Origin: a virus
Lineage: Duplodnaviria; Caudoviricetes
IMG/VR virus record: IMGVR_UViG_3300005758_000087
Coordinates: 17,683-81,682 of that record
Length of the DNA: 64,000 bases
Direction: 5' to 3' (one strand)
Part shown: in pieces, positions 8,342 through 18,597 of the stretch
Position numbering within the stretch: the first letter of the stretch is position 1
Layout of the letters: every line of letters starts with the position of its first letter
The notes under the pieces: generated by a model
The model's input: only the letters and a program-made list of their open reading frames with translations
Database searches by the model: none
What the model was told of the DNA's origin: nothing
Program-made: the position numbers and the translations under genes

Positions 8342-10810
8342 TTATTTTATACCGCTTAACTTCATCCAGTCAGCTATTGATTCTTTAACTGAAACTTGCG
8401 TTGGATTCATTACGGTTTGGTCTTTTTTCATTTTATGAAGGTCATTTCCCAAAGACAACAACGCCTTTAGCTTAGCTAGTTCAGTCGCTGCCATGGCATC
8501 GCCGCCAGCATCATTTGCAAAATTTTCGTCTACTTTAGAACAACCACATTCTGATTCATTCATGTCGTGAACTTCGCACATTTTTTCTTCCATTGTCGCC
8601 GGTTGATCCAATGCTTCTTCTTCTAAATTGCTAGTGTCTTTGTATTTTTTACCGTCTAGTTCAAATTCTTCACCTTTCTTAGTTGCTGCCAACTTTCCTG
8701 TGAATGCATTGCCTTCTTCCATATCGTTATGATATGATTCTTCTACTTCCTCATCATCCTGATATGATTCTTCCACTTCTTCATCTTCAGCTTCACTTAC
8801 CGAAGATTGAGTTGAACTACCTGACATCTTTTTAATTAGAGCCAACATGTCATCGCCGTCACCCACTACTTTAGGACTAGCTTCCGGTTCTGTACCTGAT
8901 CCATCGGCGTGATCGGATTGAACGCTCATCAATGAGCTATCGCCGGTCTGTTCTTCCGGTGTTTCTGAACCAAAAACGCCAAGCCCTGCTTTGCGAACTA
9001 TACTTAATAATTCTGTTGCATCAGAGTCGGTAGCACTGATAGTAACGCTATCAGGAGATCCTTGCTGACCGGTACTAGAGGAAACAGTTAATCCTTCTAC
9101 TAGTAGTGTGTTTAGCTGCTTTTCCCAGCTTTCAAATTGAATATCTTTCATGGTATCTTCCAAACTTAATTCAGGTGCACCTGATCTAAAAGGCGAAATT
9201 TCTGCTTTATCAGTTTTCGCTAAACGTACTGCATTCATTGACTGTTGTGGCTCAGGTTTAGTATCACATTCTTCTAAACTTTCGTCATAATTTGTGAATC
9301 CAAATTCTTCCAAAGCATAATCGCGCAGTTGACCCTTTAAAGTTCCTGCCAAACGCTTATAGCGGTCACCGTGTTCTAAAGTGTTATTGATTACTCGTTT
9401 GGCAGCGGCTAAATCTTGCAACTCTACTGCATTGTTGATGTTGAATCCTCTAACCTTAGAAGTAGTTAAATCTTCAATGAATCTAGTAACTAAATCGCTC
9501 ATCGCCCCTTCGTTCAACAATGACTGGTCTTTAACTTCGACCCCCTCCATTGTAGGAATCTCAGGTTTTCCTTTTAAGAATCTACCGATATTTTTGACAA
9601 CGGTTCCGGCTTGTCCCAATTTTTGCTGAATTTTTCCCTTACCCATCCCAGCATGCGGGGCCAAACGTTCTTTAGGAGAAATCACATCTTTTCCGATGGC
9701 TGGGTTAGTGCCCTCTTCAGTTTTTTCTGATTTAACTTTTTCAGGTAACCCTTTATGTTTAGTTGCTGCAAAATCTTTAGCTGCTTTTTTACTCATAGTT
9801 TTTGCAACATCGGCTACCGCCTTACTTGCAGGCTTCTCGCCCTTCTGTGCAGCATGAACCATGCCCATAAACTTTTGCTGTGCTTTGCTTAATGCCTTTT
9901 CATTCATCGGGTGATTCATATTTTGACCCTGTAATCTTAATGCACCGTCTCCGTTAGTGGACTCTTCTATGCTCTCATAATGAGTGCCTTTTTTTGCAAT
10001 TGCGGTTTGTCCAATTTTTTGCATTGTTTTAGACAAGCCGCTTTTGTCATATGCAAAGGGATCAGATTTAGATGACTTTACTAAATTCCAAGCAGCATTT
10101 AACATTTGATCGTCAGGATTTGTTGGTCTTTGTATTCCCTGTTTGTTAGCTATAGCCCCCACAGCATTCCAAAGAAATTTGGCACTCATAGGAACATTAG
10201 GATTTGAGGAGTATGCACCACCTGCATTGTCTACCGTTGAGTACATTTTTCTTAGTCTATCAGGAGTTATTGTTTTGTTAACTCTGAAAAAATCTGCCAT
10301 ACTATCTAATACGCCTTCTTCTAGCTCGTCACCGGACAACGTCATTTCACCTTTACCGATACTCTGCTTTATTTGTGCAGCCAATTGAGGATTAGTAACA
10401 GTACCTAATGTTTTGTCTCCTTGCTTGATAACCTGTGTGTTTTGCTGCGCGGGCTGTATAGTAACTTGCTCTGCTTCATTTAAATGCACATTTTCTTCCA
10501 CATACTCAATCCAGTCTTTTAATGTATGTTTTTTAGAAGGTGCACCAATTGGTTTTTTTGGTGGTTTTCCTATGCCAAAAGCTTTTCCTAAAGCATCAGT
10601 ATCATATGATTTTTCATCAGATTGTTTTTTCGGCCGGCCGCGGCCTCTTTTTTCTTCAGGCTTTTTCTCGGCTTTTTCGTCACCTTCTTCATCGGTATCA
10701 AACTTTCTACCGTAGCCGCCTGGGCCAGCTTTGTGAACTCGACCTTTGCTTGTTTCTTGTGTTGCTTCACTTAGTTGGGTAAGTGAATTTAAAATATCTT
10801 TCAAATCCAT
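8342..10810 (-). CDS. Large acidic putative internal head protein with AT-hook and DUF3008-like segment
   Basis: 822 aa; KRGRGRPKK; SKAQQKFMGMVHAAQKGE...AATKHKGLPEK; many xxE prohead-protease-type sites. Confidence 0.6.
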   Translation of the reverse strand: MDLKDILNSLTQLSEATQETSKGRVHKAGPGGYGRKFDTDEEGDEKAEKKPEEKRGRGRPKKQSDEKSYDTDALGKAFGIGKPPKKPIGAPSKKHTLKDWIEYVEENVHLNEAEQVTIQPAQQNTQVIKQGDKTLGTVTNPQLAAQIKQSIGKGEMTLSGDELEEGVLDSMADFFRVNKTITPDRLRKMYSTVDNAGGAYSSNPNVPMSAKFLWNAVGAIANKQGIQRPTNPDDQMLNAAWNLVKSSKSDPFAYDKSGLSKTMQKIGQTAIAKKGTHYESIEESTNGDGALRLQGQNMNHPMNEKALSKAQQKFMGMVHAAQKGEKPASKAVADVAKTMSKKAAKDFAATKHKGLPEKVKSEKTEEGTNPAIGKDVISPKERLAPHAGMGKGKIQQKLGQAGTVVKNIGRFLKGKPEIPTMEGVEVKDQSLLNEGAMSDLVTRFIEDLTTSKVRGFNINNAVELQDLAAAKRVINNTLEHGDRYKRLAGTLKGQLRDYALEEFGFTNYDESLEECDTKPEPQQSMNAVRLAKTDKAEISPFRSGAPELSLEDTMKDIQFESWEKQLNTLLVEGLTVSSSTGQQGSPDSVTISATDSDATELLSIVRKAGLGVFGSETPEEQTGDSSLMSVQSDHADGSGTEPEASPKVVGDGDDMLALIKKMSGSSTQSSVSEAEDEEVEESYQDDEEVEESYHNDMEEGNAFTGKLAATKKGEEFELDGKKYKDTSNLEEEALDQPATMEEKMCEVHDMNESECGCSKVDENFANDAGGDAMAATELAKLKALLSLGNDLHKMKKDQTVMNPTQVSVKESIADWMKLSGIK

Positions 10811-10820
10811 TTTATAATCC

Positions 10821-11033
10821 TTACTTTTTTTGATCTAATTTATCTTCAATTCTAGAAAGTTGCTTTTGCAATCCTTCTAATTTTTGATTAGTTTGTTCGG
10901 CCTTAACAGTCATAACTTCTATCTTAGTTTTCATTTCTTTGAAGTTGCTATCCAGTGTCAAATAACCGGTGCCGCCGACACTGCAAGCTCCTATGACTAT
11001 CCAAGTTAACTGACTTGTATTAAAATCGATCAT
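10821..11033 (-). CDS. Small membrane-anchored coiled-coil protein (holin-like candidate)
   Basis: 70 aa; N-terminal hydrophobic segment, coiled-coil C-terminus. Confidence 0.5.
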   Translation of the reverse strand: MIDFNTSQLTWIVIGACSVGGTGYLTLDSNFKEMKTKIEVMTVKAEQTNQKLEGLQKQLSRIEDKLDQKK

Positions 11034-11629
11034 TTTTCCGCCTTCCTAGAACCAGTGGCGGGTCGGTTTGGTCTATTAACATGAGACATCGGGCTACTAG
11101 TGTATATACCCTCTTTTGTTTTGTTAGGTTGAGTGGGTGTTTTTTGACCAGCGTAAGGTATGTCTATACTAGGTTTTTTGGGGAGCACTCTATCTAGATA
11201 TTGATTTGCATACTCCTTGCTAGCTTCTTTACCGTTATCTTCTAGATTTGAATCTAATAACAAAGGATTACCTTGATTAGCATATGCTTCTGTTTCTTTG
11301 TTTATGCTATCATTGTAATCCGTTGTTATCATCCTAATTCTGTTGATTTGGCAACCGGATGCTTGAGCACATTGCTGAACCATTGGTTCGGTGGCCGGGT
11401 ATCTGAATTCCACTTTCATGATAGTCACTGATTCATTTTCTGCCTCAGGAAAACCATAAGGATTTTTTTGAACCGGAGTAGTTTTAGGATCCTCTATTTT
11501 TACTGGATCAAACTTACTTAAATTATGCTTAAACATATCTAAAAACTTAGAATCAACATCACCTAAGATTTTGATTGTATAATGGTATGTTCTAGCACTT
11601 TCTGTTAGATAATGACGAAGGCTTCTCAT
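11030..11629 (-). CDS. Hypothetical late protein
   Basis: 199 aa, MRSLRHYLTES N-terminus, late promoter upstream. Confidence 0.7.
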   Translation of the reverse strand: MRSLRHYLTESARTYHYTIKILGDVDSKFLDMFKHNLSKFDPVKIEDPKTTPVQKNPYGFPEAENESVTIMKVEFRYPATEPMVQQCAQASGCQINRIRMITTDYNDSINKETEAYANQGNPLLLDSNLEDNGKEASKEYANQYLDRVLPKKPSIDIPYAGQKTPTQPNKTKEGIYTSSPMSHVNRPNRPATGSRKAEK

Positions 11630-11648
11630 TGTATTATTCCTGTTTTAG

Positions 11649-11656
11649 TATTTATC
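11649..11656 (-). promoter_or_regulatory. T4-type late promoter GATAAATA
   Basis: Motif 19 nt upstream of the 11629 start. Confidence 0.6.
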
Positions 11657-12143
11657 AATCTGATGTTTTTTTACTAGCCAATATTGTCTTAAGTAATTCG
11701 TTTCGATCTAGAAGACTACCTTCACCAACCGGAACATTTTCAATTTCTTTAGTTTTAGATTCTATTTTTTGATCAAGTGCAGCCTTTTTTAGCTGTAATT
11801 CTATCATTTTAAGTTTCTTGTTAATTTTTGCTGTTTTTGCATTTATTGCATGACCCAACATTGTTCCCGCACTGTTAAAAATCTCACTAGCGAACCTACT
11901 ATCTACTTGCATACCCAAGTTCATTAAATCTTTATAGCTGTCAGTTGCTAACGTAGCCAAATTGTCTATTTCCATATCACTTGCTTCTAACCCCCTTACC
12001 TGAGGTAGTGCATTTTCTATTTTTTCTAGATTAGAATAAGCCTCTTTTATTATTTCTTGATTTTCTATAGTTAGTTCAGGTTCAGGAATAGTTTGAGGAA
12101 TATCCTCAGGTAGTTCAAAAAGTTCTGATAATTTTTTTGTCAT
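11655..12143 (-). CDS. Probable terminase small subunit (gp16-like)
   Basis: 162 aa helical protein; LMNLGMQVDSRFASEIF..AG..L and C-terminal DRNELLK parallel the gp16 architecture. Confidence 0.5.
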   Translation of the reverse strand: MTKKLSELFELPEDIPQTIPEPELTIENQEIIKEAYSNLEKIENALPQVRGLEASDMEIDNLATLATDSYKDLMNLGMQVDSRFASEIFNSAGTMLGHAINAKTAKINKKLKMIELQLKKAALDQKIESKTKEIENVPVGEGSLLDRNELLKTILASKKTSD

Positions 12144-12240
12144 GATATTTTATTTAGTGCGTCTTTAATACATTGGATGTATTTCGGAAGACCCCTATTA
12201 AAAATATTTTTATGCAGGGCAATTAAGAATAAGAATGATT

Positions 12241-12675
12241 TTATTTTTTCCCGTTGCGGAAAAGATCATCCTCAGTTATTACTCTAAACGTGAATCCATT
12301 TTGTTTACAATAAGCCATCGCACTTCCCCATTTTGCATGATTTACTGCTACCACTGCTCTATCTTTGGCGCTAGCTATCTTACTTTCAATAATACTTTGT
12401 TTTTTTGGTTTTATTTCTACTACTTCAGCTATCTGATTGCCGTATTTGTTTTGATATACAACGAAAAAATCGGGTATGTAATTAGCCATTTTTCCGGTTA
12501 GAGGATGTCTATAGGGAATAACCAATGCTTCACTAGCCCACTTGAGTACGGACTTGTTATTATCACAAAATTGCATAAAAGTAAATTCCCATCCTGACCG
12601 ATATTTTGGTCGATGTTTACCTATATACTTTTCAGGATTTTTTGGAGTAAATATACCCTGTGCGAAGTTAGCCAT
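12241..12675 (-). CDS. gp4: Head completion nuclease (T4 gp4, TnsA-like PD-(D/E)xK)
   Basis: G.FTPKNPEKYIG..YRSGWE..W.SE...IPY..YIPDF..EIKP motifs. Confidence 0.92.
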   Translation of the reverse strand: MANFAQGIFTPKNPEKYIGKHRPKYRSGWEFTFMQFCDNNKSVLKWASEALVIPYRHPLTGKMANYIPDFFVVYQNKYGNQIAEVVEIKPKKQSIIESKIASAKDRAVVAVNHAKWGSAMAYCKQNGFTFRVITEDDLFRNGKK

Positions 12676-13040
12676 TATGATATAATGTTTCGTTGAATTA
12701 GTTGATTTGGTTGGGGCACCAAACTTATTCCATATAACGTAGTTTTACTTTTAAAACTATTTAGGTAGAGTGTTAGCAATGCAGTTGATTTAAAATTAGT
12801 AGTGGTCTTTAATTGATCTAATAAATCTAAAGCGTTGGTTTGAGTAAAGTTAGCTATCCTAAATACAATAGAGGAAAAATTACTAGCAATGTTATCGCTC
12901 TTCGTAACTTCATAAAAATATGAATAAACCAACTCGTATTGATTTGAGTCTACTAGCAGGTCAAAGTTGTAAAACGCATCAAATACTCTAACCGTATTGT
13001 CTATCTGAGACTGAGGTCCTTCTAAAATTCTTGCTACCAT
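12675..13040 (-). CDS. Hypothetical protein
   Basis: 121 aa, coupled to both neighbours in the tail operon. Confidence 0.7.
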   Translation of the reverse strand: MVARILEGPQSQIDNTVRVFDAFYNFDLLVDSNQYELVYSYFYEVTKSDNIASNFSSIVFRIANFTQTNALDLLDQLKTTTNFKSTALLTLYLNSFKSKTTLYGISLVPQPNQLIQRNIIS

Positions 13041-13055
13041 TATTTTTTACTCCTA

Positions 13056-14237
13056 TTAACGAACTACCGGTGGTTTTGTTAGTATGTTTTTTATAGATTG
13101 ATTTACTGAAGTAGTAGCAGACTTTACATCACTTGAGTTTAATGTAGGAAAACCAAACGTATTCGTTCTATTTGGTTGACCCGACAACGAACCTGATACT
13201 GAATTTAGGATATCCTGTCTTCCTGCTTGAAGGATAGATTGTGGATTTTTGAATGTATTATAAGCAGTACCGGCTTTTTGTATAGCACCTACAAAATTAC
13301 CATTTTGTAAATCTTGTATTACGCCGCCGGCGGCATCTCTTAATCCGCCTTGACCCAAAATAGTCGCATTGGCTCCGGGTCTTGCAATTGGACTAATTGT
13401 CCTGTCGTAGTTTTCTTCATTACCAAAACCAGGTACAAATCTAGAAGGGTCTCTACCGTCTACTGCCCCTTCATAGTATTTTACAAATTCATACTGCAAC
13501 GTCATTTGGTGTTCCATAGTACCATTCGCCTGAGAATAGTCATATGTGTCATGAGAAAAAGATTCAATAATAGGATTCATCAATCTATACAAAACAAAAT
13601 TGTGTTGATTAAATCCATACACATCAATAGACTTAAAGAACGGCGCTTTAGATACTCCTAAATCTGATGCATAAGATGTTTCTGGCATCCTACTAGATTC
13701 GCCTATATATCCCCATTCGTTAGTATCATTGGGGTCAGATTTTGGATCGTAGATATCTCTGCGATTCAATCCTTTATTAAGATAGATCCCTTCACTATTA
13801 GTAGCATCTTTATAATAATAGGTATAATAGGTATACCACAATCTTCTTATTAAATTTGCATTATCATCATGAAAGGTAAGTTGTACCGGATCATACTTAA
13901 TTTTGGTCTGAATAACTCGTTTTCTATTATATTGATTTAATGTTTCTAATTCAAAGGTATATTTAGGAAGCTGTATGTTTTTTACTGCTAGTCCAAAATT
14001 TTGATCTTCTGGCCATTGACTTGCAGTAGGTATAAAATCTTTGTTTATGTCAAAAAATACATGAAATAAAAATTTATATTTAGGAGCGTAGGAATAACTA
14101 TCCGTCCTAAAGGTTTTACTTGCGTGAGTGTAGTCACGCAAGTAATCCGCAGTAAATATACCTCTTACTGCGTTACCTACTTCGTTCTTTACAGTACTAG
14201 TAGCATCACGCAGTAAATTTTGTATAAATCCAGACAT
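13056..14237 (-). CDS. Tail-tube-fold baseplate protein (gp54/gp48-like)
   Basis: VKNIQLPKYTFELETLNQYNRKRVIQTKIKYDPVQLTFHDD tube-fold motif; follows the tail tube gene. Confidence 0.7.
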   Translation of the reverse strand: MSGFIQNLLRDATSTVKNEVGNAVRGIFTADYLRDYTHASKTFRTDSYSYAPKYKFLFHVFFDINKDFIPTASQWPEDQNFGLAVKNIQLPKYTFELETLNQYNRKRVIQTKIKYDPVQLTFHDDNANLIRRLWYTYYTYYYKDATNSEGIYLNKGLNRRDIYDPKSDPNDTNEWGYIGESSRMPETSYASDLGVSKAPFFKSIDVYGFNQHNFVLYRLMNPIIESFSHDTYDYSQANGTMEHQMTLQYEFVKYYEGAVDGRDPSRFVPGFGNEENYDRTISPIARPGANATILGQGGLRDAAGGVIQDLQNGNFVGAIQKAGTAYNTFKNPQSILQAGRQDILNSVSGSLSGQPNRTNTFGFPTLNSSDVKSATTSVNQSIKNILTKPPVVR

Positions 14238-14866
14238 TAACTTCCAATACCGGTTACTGATCCGCCGCCAAATGCTCTTCCAACGTTTGTTCCTACACCA
14301 GACTGCAATGGTGACTGAATTGCATTATCATAACGCACAGTTAGTGAAACAGTTACTGGTTCGTTTGAGCTATAGTTCATGTTATTATAGTTTGCTTGTT
14401 GAATAAAGCATCCGTATAATTCCCATGTTTCCAATACATTAGGTGCTAGTGTTCCATTACCACCGTCTAACACTTCATAATTTATTTGGAACTTATAGTC
14501 TTGACCAGTTGCTGCACTTGCTTGCTCTACGAAATCCATTTGCTTCTGTAGTTGCTGCCCTACTAGTTTAGAAATGTTTCCTTGAGCATCATCACGTAAG
14601 TTAATTGTAGTAGTCGCCCATTCATGCTTACCTGCCAAATATATTTTACTGTTATAAATGTCAATTGGTATTTCGTTAAATGTTAAACTAGGACGACTGA
14701 TATCAATTACTTGTTTGGTTAATTCTGTTGTTGAACCACCTACGCCAAAGTTAAGAAACAATGCTCTAAAACGATATTGTAGTTTTGGCATCAATAGACC
14801 TTGACTATTAGTAGCATTATCTGCTGCTACGGTCATATTGAACAGTGATTGTGAGGCTGTTGCCAT
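14237..14866 (-). CDS. gp19: Tail tube protein
   Basis: 209 aa; LLMPKLQYRFR..SRPSLTF..YNSKIYLAGKHEW..TINLRDD; follows the sheath gene. Confidence 0.88.
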   Translation of the reverse strand: MATASQSLFNMTVAADNATNSQGLLMPKLQYRFRALFLNFGVGGSTTELTKQVIDISRPSLTFNEIPIDIYNSKIYLAGKHEWATTTINLRDDAQGNISKLVGQQLQKQMDFVEQASAATGQDYKFQINYEVLDGGNGTLAPNVLETWELYGCFIQQANYNNMNYSSNEPVTVSLTVRYDNAIQSPLQSGVGTNVGRAFGGGSVTGIGS

Positions 14867-14887
14867 TTTATATTTCTCCTATATTTT

Positions 14888-14895
14888 TATTTATC
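14888..14895 (-). promoter_or_regulatory. T4-type late promoter GATAAATA
   Basis: Upstream of the tail tube gene. Confidence 0.7.
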
Positions 14896-14921
14896 AGGGG
14901 CGATTTTTAAAAATCGCCCCC
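14896..14921. repeat. Perfect 26-bp palindrome
   Basis: AGGGGCGATTTTT/AAAAATCGCCCCT between sheath and tube genes. Confidence 0.85.
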
Positions 14922-14929
14922 TTAGCTAA

Positions 14930-17900
14930 TTAAAACGAAAAATTAGCCAATTCTCCGGTATTCAAGACACGAACAGGGATGTAAATAAATTCTGCTGCTT
15001 TCACTGGTTCAATCGCAACATCTATCCAAAGTTCATTTCTATCTATACGTGCCGGTGTGTTGTTGCTTTCGTCACATACCACTAAGTAGTCGAAAAGACC
15101 TCTCTTTGCAACTAAGTCAATGAACAATGACTGAACTACACCTGTTATTTCATTACGTGTTACAGAATCGTTAGGTTCAAACACAAATGGTCTTGCAGCT
15201 ACCTGCAAACGTTCACGAATGTATGCAACTAAACGAGCTACGTTGATTCGATCTAGTGCAGATTGACTATTAAAGCTATTTTTGTTTCCATAGTTTAATA
15301 AACCAACACCTGTAAAGAATGCCAATGGATTTATCTGATTAGTGTATAATACATCCCTTATGGACATACGATTCTTAATTGTGACAAATTCACCGGTAGC
15401 CGCATCTAAGTATCCAATATTAGTTGCGTTATCTATTGTACCCCTTCTTGTACCAGCTGGTGCAAACCAAGGATACGCAACGGTATCATTTCTTAATATA
15501 GTACGCAACATCATGTGACTTGCAGGAACAACAACTTCAGACCCAGATAGATCCGTTGTTATACCACTTGGATAGAATAGTCCCAAATAAGTATCACGTG
15601 TTACTAAACCATCTTCACCGGTTGAGGATGCACCTGCTTCATTATTTGCCCAATTGGTAATTGCTGTAGCTTGATCGGGCAATCTTAACGGTGTGTCACC
15701 GATAATATAAGCAGTGTTGTTTCTATCATTATTAAGAACTACCATATCTGGCTGTAATTCCGGATAGTTAGGACATGCAATCAAGTTAAAGAAGGTATCT
15801 TCTTCTCTTATACTTTGATTAGTGCCAATCGCTGCTTTTAGTGCCTGAACTACTACATTACGTTGAGCCTTACGTCCCATATATGGAGATCCGTTAGTCT
15901 TTAATCCGCTAGCACTTACCCATGTATACGAATATGAGGGTAAAGGACCTTCAGGGTAATTAGCAGCAGTAAAATAGTTTGTTCTAAATTGTTTTACATT
16001 ATATCCTGAACGGCGTGTGTTAAACAACAACATTCCCTGTGGGTACAAAGCTGGATCAGGCGCATCTAAATCTAAATAATTGCTGGTCAACAATGAAACA
16101 ATACTTGGTATAGGATCGCTTACTGGATCAGTTGTGCCGTTATTGGCCCAACGTGCATCTGCAAATAGTATACCATTTTGACTAGTTTGATCAGTGACAT
16201 CAATTCTTACCCATTGGTCTACTCCTTCTACTGCTTCCCAACGGCTGATCACTGGATAATTCTCTAAGTCGCTAGTGTCTAACCATAGATCACCATAGAC
16301 CAATGAAGTTCCGTCAGTTTGTGCTGTGGGTGCAGTAGTACTAATAATAGGACCTAGAGGATCTGTAGCATTTACTCCGGTTGTTATCGGATGTCCGGTA
16401 TTGTCATAGTTAGTATTTTTGTAGCCTATCCATGCTCCGTTTTTCTGCACCATTATATCTACTTGAGTTGCAGTACTATAGAACCAATTAGTGCCGTTCG
16501 CTGGGTTAGTCGCTGGCGCACCCTCATTAGCAATATAACTTATTTCTCTCCAATTAGATAACATTGTAGTTGGATTCAATCTAGGAGTTCCAGAATAGTA
16601 AGATACATCTACGACACCGCCTGCACTAACGTCTTGCACATATAACACTAAGTTATGTGCAGGAGTAACTCCGCCTATGTCCGCGCCTGCAATTGTTATC
16701 AAATCGCCAGCTGCGTAACCTGTACCAGGAGCTGTTAATGTGAACTCATAATAGTCACCCCAATTTCTAATAGTGAACTCTGCTCCGGTTCCTGAACCAG
16801 TTGTTGAAGATTGTGTTACGCCAACTAGTATAGGTGAAACGACAGGACCATAAGTAACACCTGGTGTTTGGAACGTGAAACCTATTTCGTCCAATAAACC
16901 ATTGCTTTGTTCACTCCCATCTACATCTAGTAAAATAATGTCGCCGCCTAATACGTGTTCTAATACAATGTATCCTTCATTAGACACACTTGCAGTAGTA
17001 TTAGGAATACCAGCTGCTAACCAAGAAGCAACAAATTCTTCAGCAGTTGGTCCAGTGGTAGTAACAGTGTAGACTGTAGGACCTGCATTAGGAACTAATG
17101 GAGTTTGACCTGGGGCCGAAACGATAACAAACAATTGTTGACCGCCAGTAATGCTAGGATTAGCAACTGTTCCCTGTACTATAGTAGGACCAACTGAAAA
17201 TCTACTTAATAATTTCATACCTACATTAGGTACAAATCTCGAAGGACCCATTGTAGCTATTACAGTGCCACTAGGTATAGATTTTCCACCTGAAGCATCA
17301 ATGTTAGCAGTAGCAACAGTAGGGTCACTGTAAATAGAAACGCTCTTATTCGCAAAAGAAGCAGTAGTATCGTCATACTGAGACACTAATAAGTTTGCAC
17401 CTTGTCCGGAAACGCTTGTTTTAATCCAAACTGAACCAGTAGGATGAGGCTGTGCTTGCCCTCTAGTCCAAAGTGGCATTTGAGCAGAATTACCAAACTC
17501 TACTTTAGGTGAATAATATGTTCCTACCTCAATACCCATATCAGTCAATGGAGTATTTGTAGTATTAGACAATGTAATGTAAGAATTGACGTTTCCTACG
17601 TCAGGATATCCTGATGATATCACTAGCAAACCGTTAAACACTACTGCACGTAGCCAACTATCATTGATATTATTAATTGCGTCTGCTACGTCTACTACGT
17701 TCCAACCACCATTAATAGTTATTGTTCTAGAATAAACGCCATTTACATTTATAGTAAACTCGTCTCCGCTTGTTAACACGGGGTTGGATACTGTACCTAA
17801 TACTGTAGGCTGAGACAATTTCCATTGGGTACTTCCTAATTCTACCCAATTATTAGCTATATTTTTATAGAAATATGTCGCACGTGAGTAAGAAAAACCT

Positions 17901-18478
17901 TCAATTTCAGTAGGAATTACTGCATAAGACCCTATTGTTCCCAAAAAGTCTGCAGGGAAGCCATCTACAATATTTACGGGATCAGTAATAACTATAGGAT
18001 TTTGTAAATTAAATTTTCCGGTATTTGCATTAAACTCGTAAATTCCCCATGTGCTATTAGTAGTGTCTAACCAATAGGTTCCGTTTTCAGGTGAGCCTAC
18101 CGGACGGCTTAGTGTGCCTACTAAACTTGCCATATCTACATCTGCACGAAGAACGAAGCAGCGGTTAGTGGCTCCTAAAACGGAATATGCCGCCAAAAGA
18201 CCATATTCATTAAGTTCATAACCTTGTATGCTAGTTCCGTTTGTTGTTTTGTAAAAAAATGGGTTGCCAAAAAGATTAACTAAGTCTCTTTGACTTGTAA
18301 CTTGATATAATTTGTTTGCATTTGCACTCGTTGTTGCAGGAGCAACTCCGGTTCCGGCTGCATTGGCCTTATTCTGTGCTGTAGCTAATAATATTAGCGG
18401 TACTGAGTTAGAAGATGCTGGAAGATATTGACTTTGATCAATAATTGAAACTTCTACTCCTGGAGATACTAGTGCCAT
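14930..18478 (-). CDS. gp18: Tail sheath protein with large insertions
   Basis: 1182 aa; MALVSPGVEVSIIDQSQY N-terminus; PWFAPAG.RRG, DRINVARL, FVFEPND C-terminal sheath motifs. Confidence 0.96.
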   Translation of the reverse strand: MALVSPGVEVSIIDQSQYLPASSNSVPLILLATAQNKANAAGTGVAPATTSANANKLYQVTSQRDLVNLFGNPFFYKTTNGTSIQGYELNEYGLLAAYSVLGATNRCFVLRADVDMASLVGTLSRPVGSPENGTYWLDTTNSTWGIYEFNANTGKFNLQNPIVITDPVNIVDGFPADFLGTIGSYAVIPTEIEGFSYSRATYFYKNIANNWVELGSTQWKLSQPTVLGTVSNPVLTSGDEFTINVNGVYSRTITINGGWNVVDVADAINNINDSWLRAVVFNGLLVISSGYPDVGNVNSYITLSNTTNTPLTDMGIEVGTYYSPKVEFGNSAQMPLWTRGQAQPHPTGSVWIKTSVSGQGANLLVSQYDDTTASFANKSVSIYSDPTVATANIDASGGKSIPSGTVIATMGPSRFVPNVGMKLLSRFSVGPTIVQGTVANPSITGGQQLFVIVSAPGQTPLVPNAGPTVYTVTTTGPTAEEFVASWLAAGIPNTTASVSNEGYIVLEHVLGGDIILLDVDGSEQSNGLLDEIGFTFQTPGVTYGPVVSPILVGVTQSSTTGSGTGAEFTIRNWGDYYEFTLTAPGTGYAAGDLITIAGADIGGVTPAHNLVLYVQDVSAGGVVDVSYYSGTPRLNPTTMLSNWREISYIANEGAPATNPANGTNWFYSTATQVDIMVQKNGAWIGYKNTNYDNTGHPITTGVNATDPLGPIISTTAPTAQTDGTSLVYGDLWLDTSDLENYPVISRWEAVEGVDQWVRIDVTDQTSQNGILFADARWANNGTTDPVSDPIPSIVSLLTSNYLDLDAPDPALYPQGMLLFNTRRSGYNVKQFRTNYFTAANYPEGPLPSYSYTWVSASGLKTNGSPYMGRKAQRNVVVQALKAAIGTNQSIREEDTFFNLIACPNYPELQPDMVVLNNDRNNTAYIIGDTPLRLPDQATAITNWANNEAGASSTGEDGLVTRDTYLGLFYPSGITTDLSGSEVVVPASHMMLRTILRNDTVAYPWFAPAGTRRGTIDNATNIGYLDAATGEFVTIKNRMSIRDVLYTNQINPLAFFTGVGLLNYGNKNSFNSQSALDRINVARLVAYIRERLQVAARPFVFEPNDSVTRNEITGVVQSLFIDLVAKRGLFDYLVVCDESNNTPARIDRNELWIDVAIEPVKAAEFIYIPVRVLNTGELANFSF

Positions 18479-18532
18479 TTTTATTTTCCTTTATGTTATG
18501 ATTATGAGGTTTAACTCCCTATATCGTTATTA

Positions 18533-18539
18533 TATTTAG
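18533..18539 (-). promoter_or_regulatory. Late promoter CTAAATA
   Basis: Upstream of the sheath gene, followed by a leader and SD AAGGA. Confidence 0.65.
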
Positions 18540-18584
18540 CGATTTATTTAAAAAATGACCAATAAGCGTGCCTTTAAAGGCTGT

Positions 18585-18592
18585 GATAAATA
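18585..18592 (+). promoter_or_regulatory. Late promoter GATAAATA
   Basis: 5 nt before ATG 18598. Confidence 0.55.
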
Positions 18593-18597
18593 TCTGC

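Noticed and set aside
12144-12240. Possible tRNA or ncRNA in the larger intergenic gap
   Set aside because: Only a short AT-rich hairpin and a CTAAATA motif; no cloverleaf, T-arm or CCA. No tRNA was seen elsewhere in the window either.
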